Assembly (NCBI GenBank): GCA_964561805.1
Contig: CAZLQU010000001.1
Location: 26,125 to 66,992 of the forward strand
Source: an uncultured Muribaculaceae bacterium
Lineage (GTDB): Bacteria > Bacillota_I > Bacilli_A > RF39 > UBA660
Length of the DNA stretch: 40,868 nt
Direction: 5' to 3'
The stretch's first letter is position 1; every line of letters begins with the position of its first letter. The notes beneath the pieces are model-generated. The model was not told where the DNA came from. It ran no database searches and saw only the letters and a list, made by a program, of their open reading frames with translations. Positions 32,664-40,868 of this stretch are shown here, piece by piece. Both the position numbers and the translations under genes were made by a program.

Positions 32664-33197
32664 ATGAAACTAAATAAAAAGGGATTTATGATGGCTGAAG
32701 TAATTGTCGTATCAGCAATTATTTTGACATTTTTGGCTGCTATCTTTGTTAGTTATAATAAGATATATTCGGCTTATAAAACAAGGCTTGATTATTATGA
32801 TGTAACAGCATTATACCGATTAAAATTTTATAAAGATTTTTATAGTGAATATGTTAGTAATTGTGATAGTACTGGGACTAGTACTAGCGTTTATAGTTGT
32901 AATTTGGCAACAGCTAAAAATAATAAAATAGCATCTTTCGAATCACTTGCAAATGCTGATTTGGATTATGAAAATGTTAAAGAAAATACGTATATAATTT
33001 ATAATAATTATAATAATTTAGATGATAATGTTTTAGATAGTAAAAATGTTAATTTGACATATAAGGATTATGTTAAATATCTTTCTAATTCGGTAGATTT
33101 AAGAGGAGCTAATTATGTTATGATTATTGAAAGATGCGAAGCATATGATAAGGATACTTGCAAATATGCCTATTTGGAGGTGTATGATGAAGCTTAA
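32664..33197 (+). CDS. Minor pseudopilin-like protein (177 aa)
   Basis: MKLNKKG|FMMAEVIVVSAIILTFLAAIF has the same leader as its neighbours and Glu+5. AGGAGG SD. Confidence 0.7.
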   Translation: MKLNKKGFMMAEVIVVSAIILTFLAAIFVSYNKIYSAYKTRLDYYDVTALYRLKFYKDFYSEYVSNCDSTGTSTSVYSCNLATAKNNKIASFESLANADLDYENVKENTYIIYNNYNNLDDNVLDSKNVNLTYKDYVKYLSNSVDLRGANYVMIIERCEAYDKDTCKYAYLEVYDEA

Positions 33198-33621
33198 TAA
33201 AAAAGGTTATATGTTAATAGAAATAATCTTAGCAACGGCCATTGCCTTTGGAATTGCATACTTTATTTTGAGTATGACAATTAAATTAAAAAATAAAAAC
33301 GATGATTTACTTGTCGAAACATTAGTGGCAACTGATCAGGCAATTATTGCTAATGCAATCATGGCTAATTTAGATGGTAGTAATTGTACTAATGTTAATA
33401 ATAAAATTAAAATTGAAGGTAAGAAAATAAAGATTTCTGGTAAAGTTGTAGATGTAACTAGTGATTATATTACAACATTAGGACCAGTTGCTTGTAAGAC
33501 AATTACAACTCCTAATAATGGTGGTAATATTCTTGCTACACATATAAATATTCCAATTAGTGTTAAACAATTAAATGACCGTAATTTTAATATTAAATTA
33601 GATTGGATTGATAGATCATAA
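33187..33621 (+). CDS. Minor pseudopilin-like protein (144 aa)
   Basis: Start placed at ATG 33187 (GGAGG SD 33176-33180, 6 nt spacer), giving MKLNKKG|YMLIEIILATAIAFGIAYF with Glu+5. Overlaps the previous gene by 11 nt. Confidence 0.7.
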   Translation: MKLNKKGYMLIEIILATAIAFGIAYFILSMTIKLKNKNDDLLVETLVATDQAIIANAIMANLDGSNCTNVNNKIKIEGKKIKISGKVVDVTSDYITTLGPVACKTITTPNNGGNILATHINIPISVKQLNDRNFNIKLDWIDRS

Positions 33622-33647
33622 AAAAAAGAAATATAATTTCTTTTTTT
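33621..33647. terminator. Bidirectional terminator between the convergent pilin operon and the SEDS gene
   Basis: AAAAAAAGAAAT-ata-ATTTCTTTTTTT, with A-tract and T-tract flanks. Confidence 0.7.
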
Positions 33648-34776
33648 AATTGGTATATCTTAAATGTTGATTTGAAATATTAAAAACTATTCCTAAAAGA
33701 AGCATATACGATAATAATGAAGAACCACCATATGAAATAAAGGGAAGCGTTATTCCCATAATAGGAAGAAGTCCAATAGTCATGGCAATATTATATATTT
33801 GACTAAAAGTAAGAACAGCAATAATTCCACCTAAGGAATATTTATCAGTTTGATTTGTTGTTTTAATAGCATAATTAATTAATGTTAAGTCAAAGTAGAG
33901 AATGGTAATAATTAGAATGATGGCTCCTAAAAAACCGGTATTGGAAGCAAATACGGAAAAGATAAAATCAGTCTGCATTTCCGGGAAATAGATAGGAGTT
34001 TTATTAATACCATGACCGGTAGTACCGGCAGAACCAATAGCAGTTAGTGAGTTTTTTAACTGAAGGCCATCAGCTGATGACCAATTCGTAATTCTATCCA
34101 TACGATAAAAGAAACTTGTACCAAATATTTTGATAAATAAATCTTGCTTTAGGTAGTAAATTAAAAAGAAACCAGTTAATAATAAAGTAATGATAATGAT
34201 GGTTAAGATAAACCATCTTTTTCTAAACCCACCAATAAATAACATCATGAAGGTAATAATTAAATACATAATAACGGCTCCAGTATCAGGTTCTATGAAT
34301 GTTAAGATGGAAGGAATAAAAACAATAAATAAAACTTTTAATAAGAATTTTAGTTCATCAAAGATAGTGGGATTATGATATGTTTCATTAAAATCATTGA
34401 TCATTCTTGAGAGGGTTATTATTAAAAATATTTTCATGAATTCGCTTGGTTGAAAAGTGCCAATTAAAGGTATCTTAAACCAGCAAGTAGCATTATTGAC
34501 AGTAACACCGAATGGTAGGACAAGTGCTAATAAAATAATTCCAACTAGATAAAAAATAAAGGCATTTCGATAGAGAAATTTATTACCGATAGTCATTGTT
34601 AAATAAGCAACGATGATACCAATAAAATACCAAATTATTTGTTTTGACCAAAGATTATTATATTCAACTGATAATAACTTTTTAGTTGAATAAATAGAAA
34701 TAATGCTTATCACAAAAAAAATAAATATGGGAATTAAAATGCTCAATTCAACTTTATATTTTGATACTTGTTTCAT
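33646..34776 (-). CDS. SEDS family peptidoglycan glycosyltransferase (FtsW/RodA/SpoVE)
   Basis: 376 aa with about 10 TM segments. Motifs QPSEFMK, PDTGAVIM, PEMQTDFIFSVFA and GITLPFISYGGSS. Confidence 0.88.
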   Translation of the reverse strand: MKQVSKYKVELSILIPIFIFFVISIISIYSTKKLLSVEYNNLWSKQIIWYFIGIIVAYLTMTIGNKFLYRNAFIFYLVGIILLALVLPFGVTVNNATCWFKIPLIGTFQPSEFMKIFLIITLSRMINDFNETYHNPTIFDELKFLLKVLFIVFIPSILTFIEPDTGAVIMYLIITFMMLFIGGFRKRWFILTIIIITLLLTGFFLIYYLKQDLFIKIFGTSFFYRMDRITNWSSADGLQLKNSLTAIGSAGTTGHGINKTPIYFPEMQTDFIFSVFASNTGFLGAIILIITILYFDLTLINYAIKTTNQTDKYSLGGIIAVLTFSQIYNIAMTIGLLPIMGITLPFISYGGSSLLSYMLLLGIVFNISNQHLRYTN

Positions 34777-34845
34777 ATAATCATCCTTTATTATATTTTA
34801 CCACATTAAACTATGATTTTATACATATATTATAATGGAGGTAAT

Positions 34846-35133
34846 ATGGAAGAAAAACCTAAGATGTATCAGAATAAGATAGATAAAGTATTTCATAACA
34901 ATAGGGAAGTCTATGCTTCATTAGATCATAATTATAACGGAAATGTTACTTATATTAGAAAAAAAATAGAGCAAATTATCGATAGCAATTCCTTTATTTA
35001 CAGTAAGCTAGTACATATTGTTATCGATAATAAAACAATTACAAGAAAAATTATTGGAATAGATAATAATAGTTTAATAACTATCGACAATGAATATATT
35101 CCTTTAGAAAACATTCAAGATATTTATATTTAA
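34846..35133 (+). CDS. Hypothetical 95-aa protein
   Basis: ATG 34846 is preceded by a GGAGG SD, and the ORF-track start 34813 lacks one. No recognisable motif. Confidence 0.45.
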   Translation: MEEKPKMYQNKIDKVFHNNREVYASLDHNYNGNVTYIRKKIEQIIDSNSFIYSKLVHIVIDNKTITRKIIGIDNNSLITIDNEYIPLENIQDIYI

Positions 35134-35159
35134 AAATCATCTACTTGTTAGATGATTTT
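35133..35159. terminator. Bidirectional terminator hairpin
   Basis: AAAATCATCTA-cttgt-TAGATGATTTT, overlapping the 3' end of the minus-strand gene. Confidence 0.65.
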
Positions 35160-35494
35160 AAATTGATACCGATCATAGATCCAATTACACCGGCAAAGAG
35201 TAATAAAAGATACATAATAATTGTTTTATAATTAAATGATTGTTTTAAAATGATACTTGTAATAGTGATAATAGCAATATAAATTAATGAGAATTTTAAA
35301 CCTTCTAGATAAGCTTTTTCTTTAATGGCTTTACCTAAAAAGATACTAGCTATAAGCATTGAGATGATAGGTATAATTATTTTTATGATTGTAAAATTAT
35401 TAGCAAATATTGAGTTTGCTATGGAGATGATAAAAGTTAGAATAATGATAAAACCTAAAAGAAGCCCATAGCATTTGAAGTATGTTTTAAACAT
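35141..35494 (-). CDS. Small integral membrane protein (117 aa, about 4 TM helices)
   Basis: Uninterrupted hydrophobic ORF with a plausible AGGTGA-type SD upstream on the minus strand. Family not recognised with certainty. Confidence 0.5.
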   Translation of the reverse strand: MFKTYFKCYGLLLGFIIILTFIISIANSIFANNFTIIKIIIPIISMLIASIFLGKAIKEKAYLEGLKFSLIYIAIITITSIILKQSFNYKTIIMYLLLLFAGVIGSMIGINLKSSNK

Positions 35495-35563
35495 ATAATC
35501 ACCTAATAATATTTATGAATTTGTATATATAATTATTCCAAAGGACATAATAATAGTGGTGAT

Positions 35564-36214
35564 ATGATGGAATATGTTAAAATTATTATGAGAACAACAT
35601 TTTTTTATTTCTTTATTATTTTAATTTATCGGATAATGGGAAAAAGAGAAGTTGGCCAGTTAGGAATAGTTGATTTAATTGTATCTATTTTGATTGCCGA
35701 ATTAGTTGCAATATCAGTAGAAAATACAAGTAAGAGTATTCTGATATCGGTAGTTCCAATAATTGCTTTAGTTATTCTTCAAATAGTGTTATCGGTTGCT
35801 AGTTTAAAAAGTGATAATGTTAGATCTCTTTTGGATGGTAATCCATCATTTATTATTAAGGATGGTAAGATTAAATATCAGGAAATGATTAAACAAAAAT
35901 ATAATTTGGATGATCTTCTTACGCAACTTAGGGAAAAAGGTGAGAGAAATATTGAGGATATTGAATATGCAATATTAGAAAACAATGGTAGTTTATCAAT
36001 TTTTCCATATGATAAAAAGAAAAAACAAAGTCCATTTCCAATGCCAGTTATTTTAGATGGTAAATTACAAACTAAAATAATAAGAGAAATAGGAAAAAAT
36101 GAGGAGTTTATCACTAATTTATTAGCAAATAAAAAGCTTAAAATAAATGATGTTTTCTATGCATTTTATAAAGCTAATAATCTTTTTATTATTAAATACA
36201 GTGATTTAAATTAA
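35564..36214 (+). CDS. DUF421 (YetF/YkjA-like) membrane protein
   Basis: YRIMGKREVGQLGIVDLIVSILIAELVA is the typical DUF421 N-terminal signature, followed by a soluble C-terminal domain. 216 aa. Confidence 0.75.
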   Translation: MMEYVKIIMRTTFFYFFIILIYRIMGKREVGQLGIVDLIVSILIAELVAISVENTSKSILISVVPIIALVILQIVLSVASLKSDNVRSLLDGNPSFIIKDGKIKYQEMIKQKYNLDDLLTQLREKGERNIEDIEYAILENNGSLSIFPYDKKKKQSPFPMPVILDGKLQTKIIREIGKNEEFITNLLANKKLKINDVFYAFYKANNLFIIKYSDLN

Positions 36215-36235
36215 AAACGAGTTTAACTCGTTTTA
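36214..36235. terminator. Bidirectional terminator between the DUF421 gene and rnj
   Basis: AAAACGAGT-tta-ACTCGTTTT. Confidence 0.7.
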
Positions 36236-37903
36236 TTTTCTTTTTATATCCATAAAGATTGGTAAAATAATCGGAATTCTTCCAGTTTTTTCTTCTAAAA
36301 ATGGCATTAAATTATTAACTAATTCAGTTTTCATATCGGTAAAGTTAACATTTTTAGTTTTTAGTTTTTGAATAACTATTTTCTTAGCTAGAAGTTCAAT
36401 TTCTTTAATTAATTCACCTGATTCATTTACTAAGACATATCCTCTAGTTGTTACTAGGGGCATATTTAATAATTCTTTCTTTTTAATATCAACATTAATG
36501 ATAATTGCTAAGACACCATTATTAGACATTAAGGTTCTATCTTTAATAACAATATTTGATACGTCACCAATTCTAGAGCCATCAACATAAATATCTCCGG
36601 CAATTACGTGGCCATGTTTTCTTATGCCTTCTTTAGACATTTCTAAGACATCACCATTACTTAAGATAAAGGTATTTTGTCTAGGAATATCACAAAGCGT
36701 AGCAATATCGGTGTGAGTTTTTAGCATTCTGTATTCACCATGATATGGAGCAAAGTATTCAGGTTTAAATAATCTAATCATTAGTTTTAATTCTTCTTGA
36801 TTAGCATGACCTGATGAATGGATACCATATTCAAAACCATGCGTATATACTTTTACTCCTTTTAAGTATAGTTTATTAATGGTTTTTGATACGGATGATG
36901 AATTACCAGGAATTGGAGATGATGAAAAGATTACAACATCATTTGGAAGTAATTTAATTTGCTTATGGGTGCCACTAGCGATACGTGATAAGGCAGCTAA
37001 TGGTTCACCTTGGCTACCAGTACAAAGTAAACATACTTTTTCCGGTGGTAACATATTAGCTTCTTCAGCACTAATGATAATACTTTTATCTTTGATATAA
37101 CCACATTTCATGGCAATATCAATTGATGTATCCATACTTCTTCCAAATAGGGCTACTTTTCTTTTGTTTTCTTTACATGTTTCAATAATATGTTTTAAGC
37201 GATAGATGTTTGAAGCAAAGGTTGCTAAAATAATACGATTATTTTTATTGTTTCTAAATATTTCTCCAAGATTTTCATCTACGACTGATTCTGATAAAGA
37301 AATACCAGGAGATAGGGCATTAGTAGAATCACTCATAAGAAGTCTTACCCCACGTTTACCCAGTTCAGCCATTTTTCCTAAGTTAGCCATTGGTCCTACT
37401 GGTGTAAAGTCAAATTTAAAGTCACCAGTCATAACAATGGTACCATTAGGAGTATGAATAGCTATTCCATGTGAATCGGGAATAGAGTGAGTTGTTCTAA
37501 AAAATTCAATATTAAAGTATTTGGTTTTAAGAATTGTATTTTCATTATAAGTAAATAAATTTTTATAATTAAGTGTTTTTTCTTCAAGTTTTTTTTCAAT
37601 TAACTCTTTGGCTTGCTGAGGAGCATATATTTTGGGGATATTTACTTGGGTAAGTAAGAATGGAATACCGCCAATATGATCTTCATGACCGTGAGTTATT
37701 AAAAGATATTTAATTTTATTTTCATTTTCTTGTAAATAGGTAAAATCAGGAATAACATAATCAATTCCTAATAAGTCATCATCAGGAAACATGACTCCTG
37801 CATCAACGATGATAATTTCATCTTTGTGACGGATGACATACATGTTTTTCCCAACTTCACCAAGTCCTCCCAAAGCGAAGACTTGTGTGTTATTATTTTT
37901 CAT
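36233..37903 (-). CDS. rnj: Ribonuclease J (metallo-beta-lactamase / beta-CASP RNase)
   Basis: 556 aa. ALGGLGEVGKNMYVI, ITHGHEDHIGG (HxHxDH), beta-CASP region, SGHANQEEL. AGGAGG SD. Confidence 0.95.
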   Translation of the reverse strand: MKNNNTQVFALGGLGEVGKNMYVIRHKDEIIIVDAGVMFPDDDLLGIDYVIPDFTYLQENENKIKYLLITHGHEDHIGGIPFLLTQVNIPKIYAPQQAKELIEKKLEEKTLNYKNLFTYNENTILKTKYFNIEFFRTTHSIPDSHGIAIHTPNGTIVMTGDFKFDFTPVGPMANLGKMAELGKRGVRLLMSDSTNALSPGISLSESVVDENLGEIFRNNKNNRIILATFASNIYRLKHIIETCKENKRKVALFGRSMDTSIDIAMKCGYIKDKSIIISAEEANMLPPEKVCLLCTGSQGEPLAALSRIASGTHKQIKLLPNDVVIFSSSPIPGNSSSVSKTINKLYLKGVKVYTHGFEYGIHSSGHANQEELKLMIRLFKPEYFAPYHGEYRMLKTHTDIATLCDIPRQNTFILSNGDVLEMSKEGIRKHGHVIAGDIYVDGSRIGDVSNIVIKDRTLMSNNGVLAIIINVDIKKKELLNMPLVTTRGYVLVNESGELIKEIELLAKKIVIQKLKTKNVNFTDMKTELVNNLMPFLEEKTGRIPIILPIFMDIKRK

Positions 37904-37979
37904 TTTTTCCTCCTTTTTATAGATTTTAACCGTTAAAAAAATAAATAAATTGAATTTTAAAGAATTTTAATACTTTTAC

Positions 37980-38008
37980 ATTATAACATAATTAGGGTAT
38001 AAATGCAA
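37980..38008 (-). promoter_or_regulatory. Candidate sigma-A promoter of rnj
   Basis: On the minus strand, TTGCAT (complement of 38003-38008), 17 nt, TATAAT (complement of 37980-37985). Confidence 0.5.
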
Positions 38009-38014
38009 AATATC

Positions 38015-38043
38015 TTGTAAAAATAATGGTGATAGTCTATAAT
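38015..38043 (+). promoter_or_regulatory. Candidate sigma-A promoter of the deacetylase / pilin-like pair (divergent from rnj)
   Basis: TTGTAA, 17 nt, TATAAT. An AAGGTAGGTG SD lies before ATG 38060. Confidence 0.5.
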
Positions 38044-38059
38044 TAAGGTAGGTGTAAGT

Positions 38060-39319
38060 ATGAGAAGTAAAAGAAGAAAAAAAGTTAATTATGGCAAGAT
38101 TTTTTTAGCAATATTACTATTATTTATAGCGGTATTTGGTGGCTATAAATTATTAAATAAAACTAAAGCAGATAAGAAAGTGTTAATGATTGATGTAACA
38201 GAAATGGATTTAAATGCTGCCAAAGTTTTACTTGAAGATTATAAATTAGATATGAGTATTACTTATAAATATAGTGATGAGGTTGAAAAAGATAAAATTA
38301 TTAGTCAGAGTATTGCTAAAGATACGGAAATAAATAATTTTGATAAGTTAGAACTTACAGTTTCATTGGGAAAACTTGATAAAGAAAAATTAAAAAACGA
38401 TGGTATTAATGAAATGGGAAAAGTACCGATTATGATGTATCATGGAATTAAAAACATGAAAAATAGTGAAACCAATAATACTGGTGGTAATGTCGATAAG
38501 GATGGTTATACAAGAACTGTCGAAGCTTTTAGAAATGATTTAGAATTTTACTATAAAAAAGGATACCGAATGGTAAAATTATCAGATTATATTAGTGGTA
38601 AGATTGATGTAGAATATGGTAAAAGTCCAATTATTTTAACTTTTGATGATGGAAATGATAATAATATTAAAGTAACAGGGCTTGATAGTGATGGTAATAT
38701 TATTATTGATAAAAATAGTGCTGTGGGTGTTTTAGAAGAATATAAAAAGAAATATCCAGATTATAATGTAACAGCGATATTCTTTGTTACGAGTGCTTTA
38801 TTTAACCAACCAGAATATAATGAAAAAATTTTACACTGGCTTATTGATAATGGCTATGAAGTGGGAAATCATACGAAAGGACACAATAATTTAAGTAATA
38901 CGAGTACTAGCGAAACACAAGAAGTTATTGGTTATATGTATGATAAATTAGAAGGTATTTTGGGAGATAAATATTCCAAGATAGTGGCTCTTCCTTTTGG
39001 TAGTCCATATAATAAAACACATAGTAATTATAAATATGTTATTAGTGGTGAATATAATGGTAAAACATATGAAACTTTGGGAGCATTACGTGTAGGTTGG
39101 GAACCAGAAGTAAGCCCATTTAATAAAGAATTCGATCCGACATTTTTGAAAAGATGCCGAGCATATGATAATAATGGAGTCGATTTTGATATTGATATGG
39201 TTTTTAGAATGTTAGATAAAAGTAGATATGTTTCAGATGGAGAGGTATCTAGAGTTGTTACTAGTAAAAGTAATGGGGATAATCTAAAAACAGATAAGGA
39301 GATTATATTATATGAATAA
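38060..39319 (+). CDS. Membrane-anchored polysaccharide deacetylase (NodB / CE4 family) with a PASTA-like spacer domain
   Basis: N-terminal TM helix. ILTFDDGNDNN (TFDD motif 1) and GNHTKGH (HxxxH motif 2). 419 aa. Confidence 0.8.
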   Translation: MRSKRRKKVNYGKIFLAILLLFIAVFGGYKLLNKTKADKKVLMIDVTEMDLNAAKVLLEDYKLDMSITYKYSDEVEKDKIISQSIAKDTEINNFDKLELTVSLGKLDKEKLKNDGINEMGKVPIMMYHGIKNMKNSETNNTGGNVDKDGYTRTVEAFRNDLEFYYKKGYRMVKLSDYISGKIDVEYGKSPIILTFDDGNDNNIKVTGLDSDGNIIIDKNSAVGVLEEYKKKYPDYNVTAIFFVTSALFNQPEYNEKILHWLIDNGYEVGNHTKGHNNLSNTSTSETQEVIGYMYDKLEGILGDKYSKIVALPFGSPYNKTHSNYKYVISGEYNGKTYETLGALRVGWEPEVSPFNKEFDPTFLKRCRAYDNNGVDFDIDMVFRMLDKSRYVSDGEVSRVVTSKSNGDNLKTDKEIILYE

Positions 39320-39953
39320 TAAGGGATTTGCAATTACAACAATACTTTATGGGGTATTAATCTTATTTTGCTTATTACTTGTATCAATGTTAGGTATTTT
39401 AGCATCATATCGTGGCAATTTAGAAAAACTATTAGATAAGAATAATGGCGCTAGAGCTATTGCTCAAAAAGGGACAATAAACACGGCTACTTTTGTGTCT
39501 GCAAGTGGTGTAGGGACATACTTAGGAAATGGGGTTTATGGATATAAGAAAACTGGAAAGTGGTCTAGTTATTGTCTTCAACCATCTTTATTTCAATCAG
39601 GTGGAGTTTATGAATTTTCTTATTCGTTTCAAAAAACAGCGGGTTCATTAATTAATATTGGTGGTCATTCAACAGCAGCAAAGGATGTATCATTTTATTT
39701 AGATGGTCATCTTCAAGAAGGAGTAAGTAATTCTATTAATATTAATCCATATCATGATGTTGGACCTAGTAGTAGCGGCTATGCACCAGAACGAAATATT
39801 TCTAACGATGATACTGAAATTCATAATATTGTTTTAAAATTTACATATGTACCAGCTACTGGTGATAATGGTGGAATTATTTGTATTCAACCTAATCGTG
39901 GATTGGATACTACAGTAGAAGGTAAAATATTTGATTTGAGTTTAAAGAAATAG
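39312..39953 (+). CDS. Atypical prepilin-like protein (213 aa) lacking Glu+5, with a globular C-terminal domain
   Basis: MNNKG|FAITTILYGVLILFCLLLVSMLGIL. The ATG overlaps the deacetylase stop (ATGAATAA), suggesting translational coupling. Confidence 0.55.
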   Translation: MNNKGFAITTILYGVLILFCLLLVSMLGILASYRGNLEKLLDKNNGARAIAQKGTINTATFVSASGVGTYLGNGVYGYKKTGKWSSYCLQPSLFQSGGVYEFSYSFQKTAGSLINIGGHSTAAKDVSFYLDGHLQEGVSNSININPYHDVGPSSSGYAPERNISNDDTEIHNIVLKFTYVPATGDNGGIICIQPNRGLDTTVEGKIFDLSLKK

Positions 39954-39966
39954 CATGTTAAAGTGA

Positions 39967-39995
39967 TTTACAAAAGGCAATTATTTTGTTAAAAT
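39967..39995 (+). promoter_or_regulatory. Candidate sigma-A promoter of tgt
   Basis: TTTACA, 17 nt, extended -10 TGtTAAAAT. An AGGAGTG SD lies before ATG 40017. Confidence 0.5.
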
Positions 39996-40016
39996 ATCCT
40001 TTCAGGAGTGAATAGT

Positions 40017-40868
40017 ATGAAAGTTAAATATGAATTACTACATAAAGATAAAGATACAAATGCCAGGTACGGTACTTTAGAAACAAACTATGGAAAATTT
40101 GAAACGCCAATGTTTATGCCAGTCGGAACCCAAGCTACAGTAAAAACATTAGATACTAATGAAATTAAAGCTATTAAAGCAGGAGTAATTTTGGCAAATA
40201 CATATCATTTGTGGTTAAGGCCAGGAGAAGATATTGTCGACAAGGCAGGGGGACTACATAAGTTTATGAATTATGATGGCCCAATACTTACTGATTGTGG
40301 TGGATTTCAGGTATTCTCTTTAGCTAAACCTAAAAATATTAGCGAGGAAGGTGTCGTTTTTAAGAGTCATATTAATGGAGAAAAGTTGTTATTGACACCA
40401 GAAAAGAGTATACAAATTCAAAACAAATTGGATAGTGATATTGCAATGAGTTTTGATGAATGTATTCCATATCCAGCAACTTATGAATACTGTAAACAGA
40501 GTGTAGAAAGAACACTTAGATGGGCCAAAAGAGGCAAAGATGTTTTTGATAATCCAAGACAATCACTTTTTGGAATCGTTCAAGGTGGAGAATATACAGA
40601 TTTAAGAGAACATAGTGCTAAAGAAACTGTTAAGATGAATTTTGATGGTTATGCTATTGGTGGTACTTCAGTTGGCGAAGATAAACCAACAATGTATAAA
40701 ATGATCGATGATGCAATAAGATATCTTCCAGATGATAAACCTCGTTATTTGATGGGTGTTGGAGATCCGTTTGATTTATTCGAAGGAGTAGAACGCGGTG
40801 TTGATATGTTTGATTGTGTACATCAAACAAGATTAGCAAGACATGGACATGCATTTACTAAGTATGGT
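40017..40868 (+). CDS. tgt: Queuine tRNA-ribosyltransferase (3' end cut by the window edge)
   Basis: [73 protein letters not shown]. The frame is open to the last base. Confidence 0.95.
   Translation, partial: MKVKYELLHKDKDTNARYGTLETNYGKFETPMFMPVGTQATVKTLDTNEIKAIKAGVILANTYHLWLRPGEDIVDKAGGLHKFMNYDGPILTDCGGFQVFSLAKPKNISEEGVVFKSHINGEKLLLTPEKSIQIQNKLDSDIAMSFDECIPYPATYEYCKQSVERTLRWAKRGKDVFDNPRQSLFGIVQGGEYTDLREHSAKETVKMNFDGYAIGGTSVGEDKPTMYKMIDDAIRYLPDDKPRYLMGVGDPFDLFEGVERGVDMFDCVHQTRLARHGHAFTKYG

Overview
AT-rich window (about 30% GC by eye) from a low-GC Gram-positive bacterium, possibly an Erysipelotrichia/Bacilli-like gut lineage (a guess). It uses the standard bacterial code: TGA is a stop at 29867-29869 and Trp is TGG. 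Almost all genes are on the + strand with short gaps or 1-14 nt overlaps. Housekeeping genes (acyl-CoA ligase, folD, helD-like helicase, glyQS, ung, hemW, mscS-like, prs, SEDS FtsW/RodA, RNase J, tgt) are interleaved with an unusual surface-protein complement. (1) Two giant paralogous genes (3692-10621 and 20181-27611) share promoter, a 5'UTR hairpin, a signal-anchor plus about 390-aa N-terminal module, a C-terminal Cys-rich domain and the terminator hairpin. Their middles are unrelated. One carries Listeria-Bacteroides (InlB B-repeat) modules, including a 3 x 618 bp tandem repeat. The other carries three [ALK-like glycine-rich domain + discoidin-like domain] units plus ephrin-receptor-like CxxC repeats. 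(2) A 533-aa membrane protein has a related N-terminal module and an FGE-sulfatase/C-type-lectin-like C-terminus, and sits next to an orphan kinase-like gene. (3) An 864-aa secreted protein ends in a dockerin-type module. (4) Five type IV prepilin-like genes lie in three loci, with no assembly ATPase, platform or prepilin peptidase in the window. (5) A compact candidate T-box leader (UGGA discriminator pairing, consistent with tRNA-Gly) precedes an unknown 129-aa ORF and glyQS. I saw no CRISPR array, rRNA/tRNA gene, transposase, integrase or reverse transcriptase. All family assignments rest on motifs read by eye and need HMM or BLAST confirmation.
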